A DNA stretch of 64,000 bases, from the NCBI GenBank assembly GCA_964427595.1, contig CAYRUQ010000002.1, positions 1,149 to 65,148 of the forward strand, in the 5' to 3' direction. The stretch is from an uncultured Clostridiaceae bacterium (GTDB taxonomy: Bacteria; Bacillota_I; Bacilli_A; RFN20; CAG-288). The position numbers and the translations under genes were made by a program. Shown one piece after another: positions 1 to 8,881 of the stretch. The notes beneath the pieces are model-generated. The model had not been told where the DNA came from. It ran no database searches and worked only from the letters and a program-made list of their open reading frames with translations. Each line of letters begins with the position of its first letter. Positions within the stretch are counted from its first letter, which is position 1.

Positions 1-1035
1 ATGGCAAGAGGCGTTTTCATCATACAAAGTAGAGAAGAAAAGACGATTTGTTTCATTGATAGGAGAGTTGACAGGAACTAGAGCGCATTCACCAAGATAA
101 CAGCCGTTTTCTTGTGAGAAAATCTCATCTTTTAAGATATCTTCTCCTTGTTCAGCGTGAACTTCGACGATCTTTCCTTCATGGAAACGGATGGAGAAGT
201 TATTGACTATCTCACCTCTTAAACTTAAAGGTTTAGTAGCATAAACGATACCTTCAGTCTTGAATTTGTCAGGAGAAGTGAAGCATTCTTCGGTCGGGAT
301 GTTAGGTTGGAAGAAGATTCTGTTTGTCTTCGTCTTCTCCCCACCAGCTTCAAAAAGAACATCCTTGATCAAAGAGATATGAAGATCAGTTCCTTTAGCA
401 GAGATGTAGTGAAGGCTAGCTAAGTTTAACGAATTGAGCTTCTCTTTATGACTGGCTAAGTTATCGTTATGCTTCTTCCAGTTTTCAATAGGATCGCCTT
501 CATAAGCTCTCGAGACTTGTAAGATCAACTTCAAAAGTTCTTCTTGAGCTTCTTCATCAGGAAGAGAGGGGAAGACTTTCTTAGCCCAAGCTATAGAAGG
601 ATAACCAGCAATCGTCCACTGACATTCATCATCCCACTTGGTTCTATACTCCCAAATCTCTTTGCTCTTAGAAGAAAGGACTCTTCCATATTTAGCTTGA
701 TCGATACCCTTTAAAGCATCAGGATCTTCCGATTCGATGAAGATACGGCAAGGGAAGTTCTTGATGAAGTGTTCCTGACGACCAACTTCCATCTCATTAA
801 GATGAGATAACTTCTCTTCATCGGCATAAGTGATATGAAGTCTTTCAAGTTCACTATCAGTGATGTCGATATAAACACGACTTGCACCAGCGAGGTAACA
901 TTCTTTAGCGACTAAACGGAGAAAGGGAAGAATCTCGGAAGAACCGTTGATAAAGGCTTCCTGTCCTTTCTGTAAGTTGATACCAGTCTTGACGATCAAA
1001 CGAGCATAATTTTCAATGATTTTAGAATCGATCAT
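1..1035 (-). CDS. M29-family aminopeptidase (PepS/AmpS-like), 3' end truncated by window edge
   Basis: Minus-strand translation from the ATG at 1035 (GGAG Shine-Dalgarno upstream) reads MIDSKIIENYARLIVKTGINLQKGQ..., typical of aminopeptidase S/T (M29) N-terminus and core; the ORF runs off the window start. Confidence 0.75.
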   Translation of the reverse strand, partial: MIDSKIIENYARLIVKTGINLQKGQEAFINGSSEILPFLRLVAKECYLAGASRVYIDITDSELERLHITYADEEKLSHLNEMEVGRQEHFIKNFPCRIFIESEDPDALKGIDQAKYGRVLSSKSKEIWEYRTKWDDECQWTIAGYPSIAWAKKVFPSLPDEEAQEELLKLILQVSRAYEGDPIENWKKHNDNLASHKEKLNSLNLASLHYISAKGTDLHISLIKDVLFEAGGEKTKTNRIFFQPNIPTEECFTSPDKFKTEGIVYATKPLSLRGEIVNNFSIRFHEGKIVEVHAEQGEDILKDEIFSQENGCYLGECALVPVNSPINETNRLFFSTLYDENASCH

Positions 1036-1058
1036 GATTCACTCCTTTCTTTTTTATC

Positions 1059-1973
1059 TTAGAAAAATAATCTCAGCAACTTCTTAAAGTAATCATCTAA
1101 AGGCGCATAACAAGTGATTCTCTTACCAGTTTTAGGATGAATGAAGGAGAGAGAATAGGCGTGTAAACATTGTCCTTCTTGTTTGAATCGAGAGTCTTGA
1201 TGTCCGTAAAGTAAATCACCGACAATCGGATGAGAGATATAAGAAAGATGTGCTCTTATCTGATGAGTCCTTCCTGTCTCTAAAACACAGCGTATCAAAG
1301 AGACTGCTTTTCCTCTTGCAAGTAGTTGACAGTGGGTGATAGCTTCTCTTCCTTTTTGAGGATCTACTAAGGCTTTTCTTACCGTATGATCAGGTCTAGT
1401 TAAAGGGGCATCAATTCTAAACTTCTTGTCCTTGATACTCCCATAAACTAAAGCGATATAGCTTCTCTCTAATTTCTTCTCTCTTACCTGCTCTTGAAGT
1501 TTAGCTTGAGTTTCCACATTATTAGCGACAAGAAGAAGACCCGAAGTGTCTTTATCAATTCTATGAACGATACCGGGTCTGATATCGACACTATTATTTT
1601 GATCAAAAGCGAAGTCTTCATCTTGATGAAAGAGTTGATTGACGAGAGTATCATCACTGTGTCCAGGGGCTGGATGAACGACTAAACCTCTAGGTTTATT
1701 GATGACACAGAGATCTTTGTCTTTATAAGCATATTGAATCTCAATCTCTTGAGGAGGTGCTTTAAATGTCTTCTCCTCCTCTTTCTTTAAGAGAATGATT
1801 CTCACCCCTTTTTCAACGAATAAAGAAGCTTGAGTGATAACTTTATCTTCAACTAAAACTGCTCCATTTCTGATAGCCTTACTAGCTTGTGAGCGAGAGA
1901 TAGAAGCTTCTTTTGAGAGAACGACATCAAGTCTTCCATCAACAGAAGAAAGAAACTCATTCCTCTCATTCAT
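1059..1973 (-). CDS. rluD: RluA-family 23S rRNA pseudouridine synthase (RluD-like) with N-terminal S4 domain
   Basis: S4-like N-terminus (RLDVVLS...SRSQASKAIRNGAV) and catalytic motif HRIDKDTSGLLLVA; start placed at internal Met (MNERNEF) to avoid overlap with lspA. Confidence 0.8.
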   Translation of the reverse strand: MNERNEFLSSVDGRLDVVLSKEASISRSQASKAIRNGAVLVEDKVITQASLFVEKGVRIILLKKEEEKTFKAPPQEIEIQYAYKDKDLCVINKPRGLVVHPAPGHSDDTLVNQLFHQDEDFAFDQNNSVDIRPGIVHRIDKDTSGLLLVANNVETQAKLQEQVREKKLERSYIALVYGSIKDKKFRIDAPLTRPDHTVRKALVDPQKGREAITHCQLLARGKAVSLIRCVLETGRTHQIRAHLSYISHPIVGDLLYGHQDSRFKQEGQCLHAYSLSFIHPKTGKRITCYAPLDDYFKKLLRLFF

Positions 1974-2658
1974 CTTTGCTCTCACCTTCTTCGTTATCTG
2001 AAGACTGCTTGTCATCACTAGCATCTAAATCAGAAGTTAAAGAGTCATAAATCTCATTTTCTTTAAGTTTCTTAACTAGATCATCATTAGCTTGTATCTC
2101 TTCAATAGTAGTTTTCTTTTCAAGTTTATAGTCTTGAACAACCTTAACTATCAAAGCGATGAGAAGTATGAAGATACCGATGACTAAATAACAATCAGCG
2201 AGATTGAAAACTGGGAAAGATGTCCAGAAAGCAAACTGAAGAAAATCGATGACACCATTAGAATAGATGCCTAAATCTAAAGCTTGCCCGACACGGTCGA
2301 TCAAATTTCCATAAGCACCAGCCACCATCAATGTTAAAGCGATGACAAAAGTAGTCGATAGCTTTTTAAATTTCCAGTAAAGAAAGACTAATATCGCTGT
2401 TCCTAAAACAGCCGAGATAAGACAGAGAAGCCATTCTTGTCCAGAGAGAATATTCCAAGCTGCTCCATTATTAAAGACGAGAACAAAGTTAAAAAGATAA
2501 GGAATAGCAGTGACAACTCCTGCTCCATAAAGGTTGTTATAAGCGATATTCTTAGTGACGATATCTAAAACAAGAAGAAGAACAATCAAAGAGATAGAGA
2601 TGACTAAAAGGAGATGTCGTCCCTTTTTAAACCATTCCTTGATAAACGACAGCTTCAT
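1966..2658 (-). CDS. lspA: Lipoprotein signal peptidase II with acidic C-terminal tail
   Basis: 4-TM protein with NNGAAWN and FNLAD signal peptidase II motifs; ATGA overlap with the ileS stop. Confidence 0.85.
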   Translation of the reverse strand: MKLSFIKEWFKKGRHLLLVISISLIVLLLVLDIVTKNIAYNNLYGAGVVTAIPYLFNFVLVFNNGAAWNILSGQEWLLCLISAVLGTAILVFLYWKFKKLSTTFVIALTLMVAGAYGNLIDRVGQALDLGIYSNGVIDFLQFAFWTSFPVFNLADCYLVIGIFILLIALIVKVVQDYKLEKKTTIEEIQANDDLVKKLKENEIYDSLTSDLDASDDKQSSDNEEGESKDE

Positions 2659-5384
2659 TGATTCTCTCCGATAGACTCTTTACATCTATGACAGAGATGA
2701 GAGCCTTCAACTTCAAAAATCTCATTTTGATCAAAGTGATTCCAACAACGATCACATCTCTGACCATCATGTTTTTCACAAGAAGTAGAACTAGAAACCA
2801 TAAAAGAAGAGATGAGAAGAATTCTTGCGACTTCTTTCTCACCGAGCTTGTTGATAAGTTCACTCTCTTCATCAGTAGGTGCATAGAACACACGAGCTTC
2901 AGAATTAGAGCCGATTACACCACTTTGTCTTAAAGGCTCTAAGATGGAATTGACATGAGAGCGTAGATTCAAAAGTGTTTGATAATCTTTAGAAAGAGTT
3001 TCATCCACTATCAAGTCTTTAGGATAATTCTCTAAAGCAATCGAATCTTTTCTATCTTTATCTGCGAGAGAATCATAGACTTCCTCCATCGTGAAACAAA
3101 GGATCGGTGAATAAGCGATGGCTAAGTTTTTAACTATTTGATGAAGGACATACTGGCAGTTTCTTCTCTCTTGAGAGTTTTTGGCATCGCAATACAAAGT
3201 ATCTTTAGAAAGATCGAGATAGAAAGAGCTGAGATCGTTGATTAAGAAATTAGTGAAGATATCACTGACATTGTTGAAACTATAAGAGTCATAGGCTTTC
3301 TTCATCTCAAGAAGAACTTCATTAAGACGATTGAGCATCATCTTATCAAGAAGACCTAAATCAGTAGGTTTATATTCTTCATCAAAACGAGAGCCTAAAT
3401 CATCATCAAGAAGATTAGCTAACATGAACTTGAAGGTGTTTCTGATCTTTCTATATTCATCAGAGACCGTCTTCAATAAGTCTTGAGAGAGTCTGATCTC
3501 ACTTGTTGAATAATCGATAGTGGTCGCCCAAAGTCTTAAGATATCTGCTCCATATTTATTGCAGATCGTCTCAGGATCAATACCATTCTTCTTTGATTTA
3601 GAGAACTTCTCTCCGTTTTGGTCAACTAAAAAACCATGAGTCAAAACCTGTTTATAAGGAGTGGATCCTGTCTTAGCGACCGAGAGAATCATCGAAGAGT
3701 TATACCAACCACGATATTGGTCATTACCTTCTAAAATGACATCAGCTGGGAAAGGATGTCCTAATGCGATATCAGAACCTAAGAAAGAAGAACCTGAATC
3801 AAACCAGACATCCATGATGTCCTTCTCTTTGGTGAAGATACCATCAGGAGAATGAGGATTCGTATATCCTTCAGGAAGGAGATCTTTGACATCTTTTTCA
3901 TACCAGATATCTGAACCATATTCTTTAAATAAACTGATGATGTGATCAAAGAGGACTTTATCTAAGAGAGGTTCACCATCCTGTCCATAGAAAATCGGAA
4001 TCGGAACACCCCAAAGACGTTGTCTAGAGATACACCAATCATCTCTGTTCTCAAGCATGTTCTTGAGTCTTTGCTTACCCCAACTAGGGATGAAACTGAC
4101 TTTATCAGCTTCTTCAAGAAGCTTATCCTTAATAGCTGAGACAGAACAGAACCACTGATTAGTCGCTCTGAAGATGATCGGTTTTTTAGTTCTCCAATCA
4201 TGAGGATAAGCGTGAGTGATCTCCTCACTTGCTAAAAGAGAAGAGTTATTCTTCAAGATTTCAACCACTTTAGTGTTGCACTCTTCATAGAAAAGACCAG
4301 CGAGTTCTTCACCGGCATCTTTAGTCATATAACCTTTGTCATCGACAGGACAATAGGCCTCAAGACCATATTTCTTACCGACTCTGAAGTCATCTAAACC
4401 ATGACCAGGGGCGATATGAACAACACCGGTACCAGAATCAGAAGTGACATAATCGTCAACCATCACAATCGAGTCTCTCTGATAGAAAGGATGCTGACAG
4501 ACGATACCTTCTAAATCCTCACCTTTGAAAATCTTCAAAAGTTCACCCTCATTAAGAGAAAGTTTCTCTTTTAATGAATCGGCAGCATCTTTAAGGAAGA
4601 GGAGATTTCCTTTATCAGTTTTGAAAAGTCCATATTCAAGTCTCGGATTAAGACAGAGTCCTAGGTTGGCAGGGAGAGTCCAAGGAGTGGTAGTCCAGAT
4701 GACGAAGTAATCATCACAAGAGAGAAGTGACTTTCCATCTTTGACTTTGAAACGGACGAAGACTGTTATCGCATTGACATCCTTGTATTCGATCTCCGCT
4801 TCGGCTAAAGCTGTCTCAGAAGAAGAAGACCAGTTGACCGGTTTAAGACCTTTATAGATGAGACCTTGAAGAGCCATATCACGGAAGATCTCAACTTGGT
4901 GAGCTTCATATTCTTTATCTAAAGTCAAATAAGGATGTTGATAATCACCAACTAATCCTAGACGGAGCATTTGACCTCTTTGTTTATCAACTTGAGAAAG
5001 CGCATAAGCAGCGCATTTCTTTCTGAATTCATGAGGAGGAGTCGTTTTTCTATCAACACCAGATTTAGTCACACAAAGTTCAATCGGAAGACCATGGCAG
5101 TCCCAACCTGGAGTATAAGGAACCTGATAACCTTCAAGATTCTTCAAACGGATGATGATATCTTTAAGAATCTTATTTAAAGCATGACCGGCATGAATCT
5201 CGTTGTTAGCATAAGGAGGACCATCATGAAGATAAAACGCCTTGTCACTGCTACGATTATCTAAAAGCTTTTGATAGAGATTTTCATCATTCCAACGCTT
5301 GACAAAAATAGGCTCTCTTTCCGGCAAATTAGCTCTCATCGGGAAGGTGCCTTTAGGCATCAATAAGGTGTTCTTTAATTCCAT
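2655..5384 (-). CDS. ileS: Isoleucine--tRNA ligase
   Basis: 909 aa; class I HIGH variant (HAGHALNK) and KMSKS (KFSKSK) motifs; C-terminal zinc finger CxxC...CxxC; GAGGAG Shine-Dalgarno. Confidence 0.95.
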   Translation of the reverse strand: MELKNTLLMPKGTFPMRANLPEREPIFVKRWNDENLYQKLLDNRSSDKAFYLHDGPPYANNEIHAGHALNKILKDIIIRLKNLEGYQVPYTPGWDCHGLPIELCVTKSGVDRKTTPPHEFRKKCAAYALSQVDKQRGQMLRLGLVGDYQHPYLTLDKEYEAHQVEIFRDMALQGLIYKGLKPVNWSSSSETALAEAEIEYKDVNAITVFVRFKVKDGKSLLSCDDYFVIWTTTPWTLPANLGLCLNPRLEYGLFKTDKGNLLFLKDAADSLKEKLSLNEGELLKIFKGEDLEGIVCQHPFYQRDSIVMVDDYVTSDSGTGVVHIAPGHGLDDFRVGKKYGLEAYCPVDDKGYMTKDAGEELAGLFYEECNTKVVEILKNNSSLLASEEITHAYPHDWRTKKPIIFRATNQWFCSVSAIKDKLLEEADKVSFIPSWGKQRLKNMLENRDDWCISRQRLWGVPIPIFYGQDGEPLLDKVLFDHIISLFKEYGSDIWYEKDVKDLLPEGYTNPHSPDGIFTKEKDIMDVWFDSGSSFLGSDIALGHPFPADVILEGNDQYRGWYNSSMILSVAKTGSTPYKQVLTHGFLVDQNGEKFSKSKKNGIDPETICNKYGADILRLWATTIDYSTSEIRLSQDLLKTVSDEYRKIRNTFKFMLANLLDDDLGSRFDEEYKPTDLGLLDKMMLNRLNEVLLEMKKAYDSYSFNNVSDIFTNFLINDLSSFYLDLSKDTLYCDAKNSQERRNCQYVLHQIVKNLAIAYSPILCFTMEEVYDSLADKDRKDSIALENYPKDLIVDETLSKDYQTLLNLRSHVNSILEPLRQSGVIGSNSEARVFYAPTDEESELINKLGEKEVARILLISSFMVSSSTSCEKHDGQRCDRCWNHFDQNEIFEVEGSHLCHRCKESIGENQ

Positions 5385-5537
5385 GATCAGTTGACTCCTC
5401 AGGATTTTAACAACACAAAATTATATATTAATAAATAATAAATATAAAGTTTATATGTTGACCAATAGAGTCTTCAAAAATCAAGTTCAGTTAACAAACT
5501 TAAATCCTTTTTACAATTCTCTTTAAGATTGTCTTCG

Positions 5538-5567
5538 TTAAAAAAAAGAAGCACATTAGAGTGCTTC
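5538..5567 (-). terminator. Rho-independent terminator after the hydrolase gene, upstream of the ileS leader
   Basis: Hairpin GAAGCAC-attaga-GTGCTTC at 5548-5567, followed on the minus strand by a T8 run (plus-strand A-run 5541-5548). Confidence 0.55.
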
Positions 5568-6494
5568 TTGATCTTCGATTCTACTAGTCTCGGCATCAGG
5601 ATCAAGTTCAGTGAAGATCTCAGCGAAGGTGGGGATAGGTTCACCATCTTCGTCATACTTGATCTTGACGGGTTGGGTTTTCACTTTTTTAGATAAAGCG
5701 AGCGATTCTGTTTCTAACAGGAAAGGTGTATCAAAGGAAAAGTGAAGGATATCCTCAAAAACAGGAGCATTATCTCTGATTGTTTTCATGATACCGTGAT
5801 CCATACCAGAATAGATATACAGGGCATTTTTAACATTCATATGTTTTCTGATCTTGTTGATTGAGTGATCGTTACAAAGATCATCTTTATCGCCCCTGAG
5901 AATCAAGGTATCACAGCTGACTTTCTTATAGTATCCACGACAGCGAAGTATCGAACGCAAGATAGAGAGAAGAAGTCCAAACATTCCCTTAGTCGTGTTT
6001 CTTCCCATCGCTTTAGCAACCTTGGCACCATATTTTTTACTCAGACGATAAAACTTGAACAGATAACGAAGATAACCGTGAATCATACCGTTTAAGAGCG
6101 TGTCATAAATAGGAGCGAGAAGAATCAGCTTTTTGACGCAACTAGGATATCTATGTTGCATCTTACAAGCTAGAGAAGCCGAGAATGAGTAGCCCATCAA
6201 GATGATGTCATAACCTTCACTATCATATTTACGAATTGCTTCATCTAGAATCTGCTCATATTTACGAGCTCTATGAGTCTTTGGATCACCAGGATGGAAA
6301 AGTTGAACAGGAGCTATCTCACATTCTTGATAATCACTGGCGAAGTTCTCTTTGAAGTATTGAATGAGAAAAGTAGCATCATGAACATCTGAATTTTGAA
6401 AGCCATTAGTGCATATTAAAACAGTCTTCTTATCAGGTTTACTGATAGAAAAGCCAGGATCAATCTCTTTAAGGATCTGAGGTTTTTGTGTCAT
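5556..6494 (-). CDS. Alpha/beta-fold hydrolase (esterase/lipase-like)
   Basis: GYSFS nucleophile-elbow variant of GxSxG within LMGYSFSASLA; hydrolase-like length; strong GGAGG Shine-Dalgarno. Confidence 0.5.
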   Translation of the reverse strand: MTQKPQILKEIDPGFSISKPDKKTVLICTNGFQNSDVHDATFLIQYFKENFASDYQECEIAPVQLFHPGDPKTHRARKYEQILDEAIRKYDSEGYDIILMGYSFSASLACKMQHRYPSCVKKLILLAPIYDTLLNGMIHGYLRYLFKFYRLSKKYGAKVAKAMGRNTTKGMFGLLLSILRSILRCRGYYKKVSCDTLILRGDKDDLCNDHSINKIRKHMNVKNALYIYSGMDHGIMKTIRDNAPVFEDILHFSFDTPFLLETESLALSKKVKTQPVKIKYDEDGEPIPTFAEIFTELDPDAETSRIEDQEAL

Positions 6495-6496
6495 TT

Positions 6497-7204
6497 CTAC
6501 CTCCTTTGAAACCTATACATGAAGATTCCAGCAGCGATAGCTATATTGAGAGAATCGATGTTATCCATCTCTATCTTAATCTTCTTTCCTAAGGAGAGGT
6601 GTTCTTTTCTGATACCGGTTCCTTCATTACCGAAGACTAGACAGAATGGTTCTTCTAAATGCGTGAGGTTTCGCTCATCTTCACCATCTAAAGTGGTCAA
6701 ATAAAGATGATAGCCCAGAGATGGGAAGGTCGTTAAATCCTCCCTAGCGATAGGAAGGTGAAACAAAGCTCCTTTAGTGCTCTGGATTACCTTATTATTA
6801 TAAAACGAAACGGAATCTTTTGATAAGACAACACTTGAATATCCGAATGATAAAGCGGTTCTTATGATCGTTCCACAGTTTCCAGGATCTTGAACACCAT
6901 CTAGATAGATGACTCTTGAACCGAACTCTTTACTATATTCTTTCTTACATATTGAGATAACTTCTGGAAGTGACTGATAACTAGAAAGCTCTCGAAAAAG
7001 TGAATCTTTAAGTATCACAGCACCATCAAAAGAAGAGGATAGACTTTCAGAGACGATGCTTTTTACTAAACAACCAGCTTTTTTAGCCTCATCAAACATA
7101 TCTTTTCCTTCAGCGAGGAAGAGGCCTTCTTTAGCATCACCTTTCTTCAACTTCAAAAGTTCTTTGTAGTATTGATTATCTTTGCTAGTTATCAATTTAG
7201 CCAT
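6497..7204 (-). CDS. SpoU/TrmH-family RNA 2'-O-methyltransferase (RlmB-like)
   Basis: SpoU motifs IYLDGVQDPGNCGTIIRTA, VFGNEGTGI and IEMDNIDSLNIAIAAGI. Confidence 0.75.
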   Translation of the reverse strand: MAKLITSKDNQYYKELLKLKKGDAKEGLFLAEGKDMFDEAKKAGCLVKSIVSESLSSSFDGAVILKDSLFRELSSYQSLPEVISICKKEYSKEFGSRVIYLDGVQDPGNCGTIIRTALSFGYSSVVLSKDSVSFYNNKVIQSTKGALFHLPIAREDLTTFPSLGYHLYLTTLDGEDERNLTHLEEPFCLVFGNEGTGIRKEHLSLGKKIKIEMDNIDSLNIAIAAGIFMYRFQRR

Positions 7205-7206
7205 AA

Positions 7207-7881
7207 CTATCTACCCTCAAAAGCACCTTGAACTATGTAATTCATAAGTTCATCATATCTAGGGCAGTATCGATAGACAAGCTTGTAAAACTCCTTGGAG
7301 TGATCAAGATGAATGATATGTGATAACTCATGAGTGATCACAGCATCGAAGACCTCACTCTTATAAGCGAATAATCGATAATCAAATTTGATTCTTTTTT
7401 GACTAGGGCAACAAGAACCATACATAGATATGAATTGACCAGCAGTCACTTTATATTCACTAAAATCAATGCCCATCAAAGAAGCTTTTTCGCTCGTTAA
7501 TTTATAAGCATATTCTAAAAATCTCTTCTTATACACATTCTCAGGTATTTGAGAAGCAGGAACATAAAAGAAAGAAGAATCATTTTTAAGTTTAGAATCT
7601 TGAGTGTAAATCTTTCTTTCACCTAAGACGAAAGCATACTTTCCTTTGACCATGTAGTTTCTAGTCAGATAAGAACCAGGATTCTTTTTGATAAAACGAT
7701 TGACGAGATCATCAACAACGCTCAAATTAATCCCAGGTCGCACATAAACTTCTAAGTGACCATAGGGAGCTCTTAAGGTCGCCCTAGCTCTATTTCCTCT
7801 TGGAGGATAGAGTAAGACAGTAAACTCTCTTCTGTCTTTTAAACTATATGTTCTAGTCTGATAAGGTTCTTTTTGTTCCAT
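7207..7881 (-). CDS. YgjP-like (DUF45) zinc metallohydrolase
   Basis: HEXXH motif within ITHELSHIIHLDHS near the C-terminus; size typical of YgjP/UPF0758. Confidence 0.65.
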   Translation of the reverse strand: MEQKEPYQTRTYSLKDRREFTVLLYPPRGNRARATLRAPYGHLEVYVRPGINLSVVDDLVNRFIKKNPGSYLTRNYMVKGKYAFVLGERKIYTQDSKLKNDSSFFYVPASQIPENVYKKRFLEYAYKLTSEKASLMGIDFSEYKVTAGQFISMYGSCCPSQKRIKFDYRLFAYKSEVFDAVITHELSHIIHLDHSKEFYKLVYRYCPRYDELMNYIVQGAFEGR

Positions 7882-7902
7882 GTGATTTTATTCTATTTTT
7901 TC

Positions 7903-7932
7903 TTGATTTACCTCGCAAGTGAGTTGTATAAT
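7903..7932 (+). promoter_or_regulatory. Sigma-A type promoter for tRNA-Leu(GAG)
   Basis: TTGATT (7903-7908), 18-nt spacer, TATAAT (7927-7932); tRNA begins about 12 nt downstream. Confidence 0.5.
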
Positions 7933-7943
7933 TTCTGCGCTGT

Positions 7944-8024
7944 GCGGGCATGGCGGAATTGGTAGACGCGTACGTTTGAGGGGCGTATGGGCAACCATGA
8001 GAGTTCGATTCTCTCTGTCCGCAC
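7944..8024 (+). tRNA. tRNA-Leu (anticodon GAG), class II with long variable arm
   Basis: Folded by hand: 7-bp acceptor stem GCGGGCA/TGTCCGC, anticodon stem TACGT/GCGTA with loop TTGAGGG (U33, GAG), variable-arm stem TGG/CCA, T-arm GAGAG-TTCGATT-CTCTC, discriminator A followed by a T-run. Confidence 0.85.
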
Positions 8025-8138
8025 GTTTTTTTATGCAAAAAAAGACATCACATATTATTAGATATTCAGCTTGTTTTTGTCTCATAGAAATGGTCTTGTT
8101 TTATGTTATATTATACAAACACAAGGGCTTGATTTCTC

Positions 8139-8876
8139 ATGATTAAAATCGGTGTAATTGAAGACCAGAAAGAAGATCGAGATAGACTCTTATCCTTCAT
8201 CAAAAATAACGATAAAAACCAAGAGTTCCTAATCAATGAATTTGAAAATCCACTCCTTTTAATTGACAACTATACGCTTGATTACGACATTCTCTTCTTC
8301 GATATCAAAATGCCGATGATCGATGGCATGGAAGCGGCTAAAAAGATAAGAGAAAAAGATACGGATGTCATCATCGTTTTTATCACTTCATTGGCTCAAT
8401 TTGCTCTAGCTGGATATGATGTTCAAGCATTTGATTTTCTTGTCAAACCGATTGAACAAAATGAATTCAATTTGAAGTTTCATCGTATCCTTAAAAAAGT
8501 AACGGCTATCGGAAGAAGAGATAGTCAAGGAAGTAAATCGATATTAGTCAGCACCGGTAAAGAGAAAAGGAAAATCTTGATTGATGATATCAGTTTTATC
8601 GAGAGTCAAGGACACCATGTTTATATTCATCTTCTCTCGGAAACTGAACCGACGAGATGTTATGATTCACTAAGTAAATTTGAAAAGAATCTACCAAATA
8701 ATATGTTCGTAAGATGCAATAATTGCTACCTTGTCAACTTAAGAAAGGTAAAACAGATTTCTGGTTATGAATGCATAGTTTCTATCGATGATAATCAAAC
8801 TTGTACACTCCAAATTTCCCAGCCGAAGAAAAAGAGTTTTCAAGAGAGTTTCGTCTCCTTTTTAGAAGGTAAATAA
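8139..8876 (+). CDS. LytTR-family response regulator (AgrA/ComE-like)
   Basis: N-terminal receiver domain (phospho-acceptor Asp in DILFFDIKMP) and C-terminal LytTR DNA-binding domain. Confidence 0.85.
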   Translation: MIKIGVIEDQKEDRDRLLSFIKNNDKNQEFLINEFENPLLLIDNYTLDYDILFFDIKMPMIDGMEAAKKIREKDTDVIIVFITSLAQFALAGYDVQAFDFLVKPIEQNEFNLKFHRILKKVTAIGRRDSQGSKSILVSTGKEKRKILIDDISFIESQGHHVYIHLLSETEPTRCYDSLSKFEKNLPNNMFVRCNNCYLVNLRKVKQISGYECIVSIDDNQTCTLQISQPKKKSFQESFVSFLEGK

Positions 8877-8881
8877 TAAAA

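Noticed and set aside
2658-5180. Several 60-90-aa antisense and overlapping ORFs inside ileS (2658-2933+, 3661-3855+, 3962-4228-, 4525-4710+, 4971-5180+)
   Set aside because: They sit inside a highly conserved 909-aa gene, have no Shine-Dalgarno and have low-complexity translations. The same reasoning rejects small ORFs nested in the GH3, lipoprotein, mnmG, suf, gdpP, helicase and 54363 genes, for example 26812-27249, 27264-27635, 55003-55302 and 56012-56380.
5385-5555. T-box riboswitch upstream of ileS
   Set aside because: Searched by eye for the conserved T-box core (GGUGG...ACCGCG) and an antiterminator bulge; none present and the leader is too short.
7919-8146. 75-aa plus-strand ORF spanning tRNA-Leu(GAG)
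   Set aside because: It overlaps a confidently folded tRNA and has no Shine-Dalgarno. Only its last 37 codons, downstream of the tRNA, are discussed as a low-probability peptide candidate.
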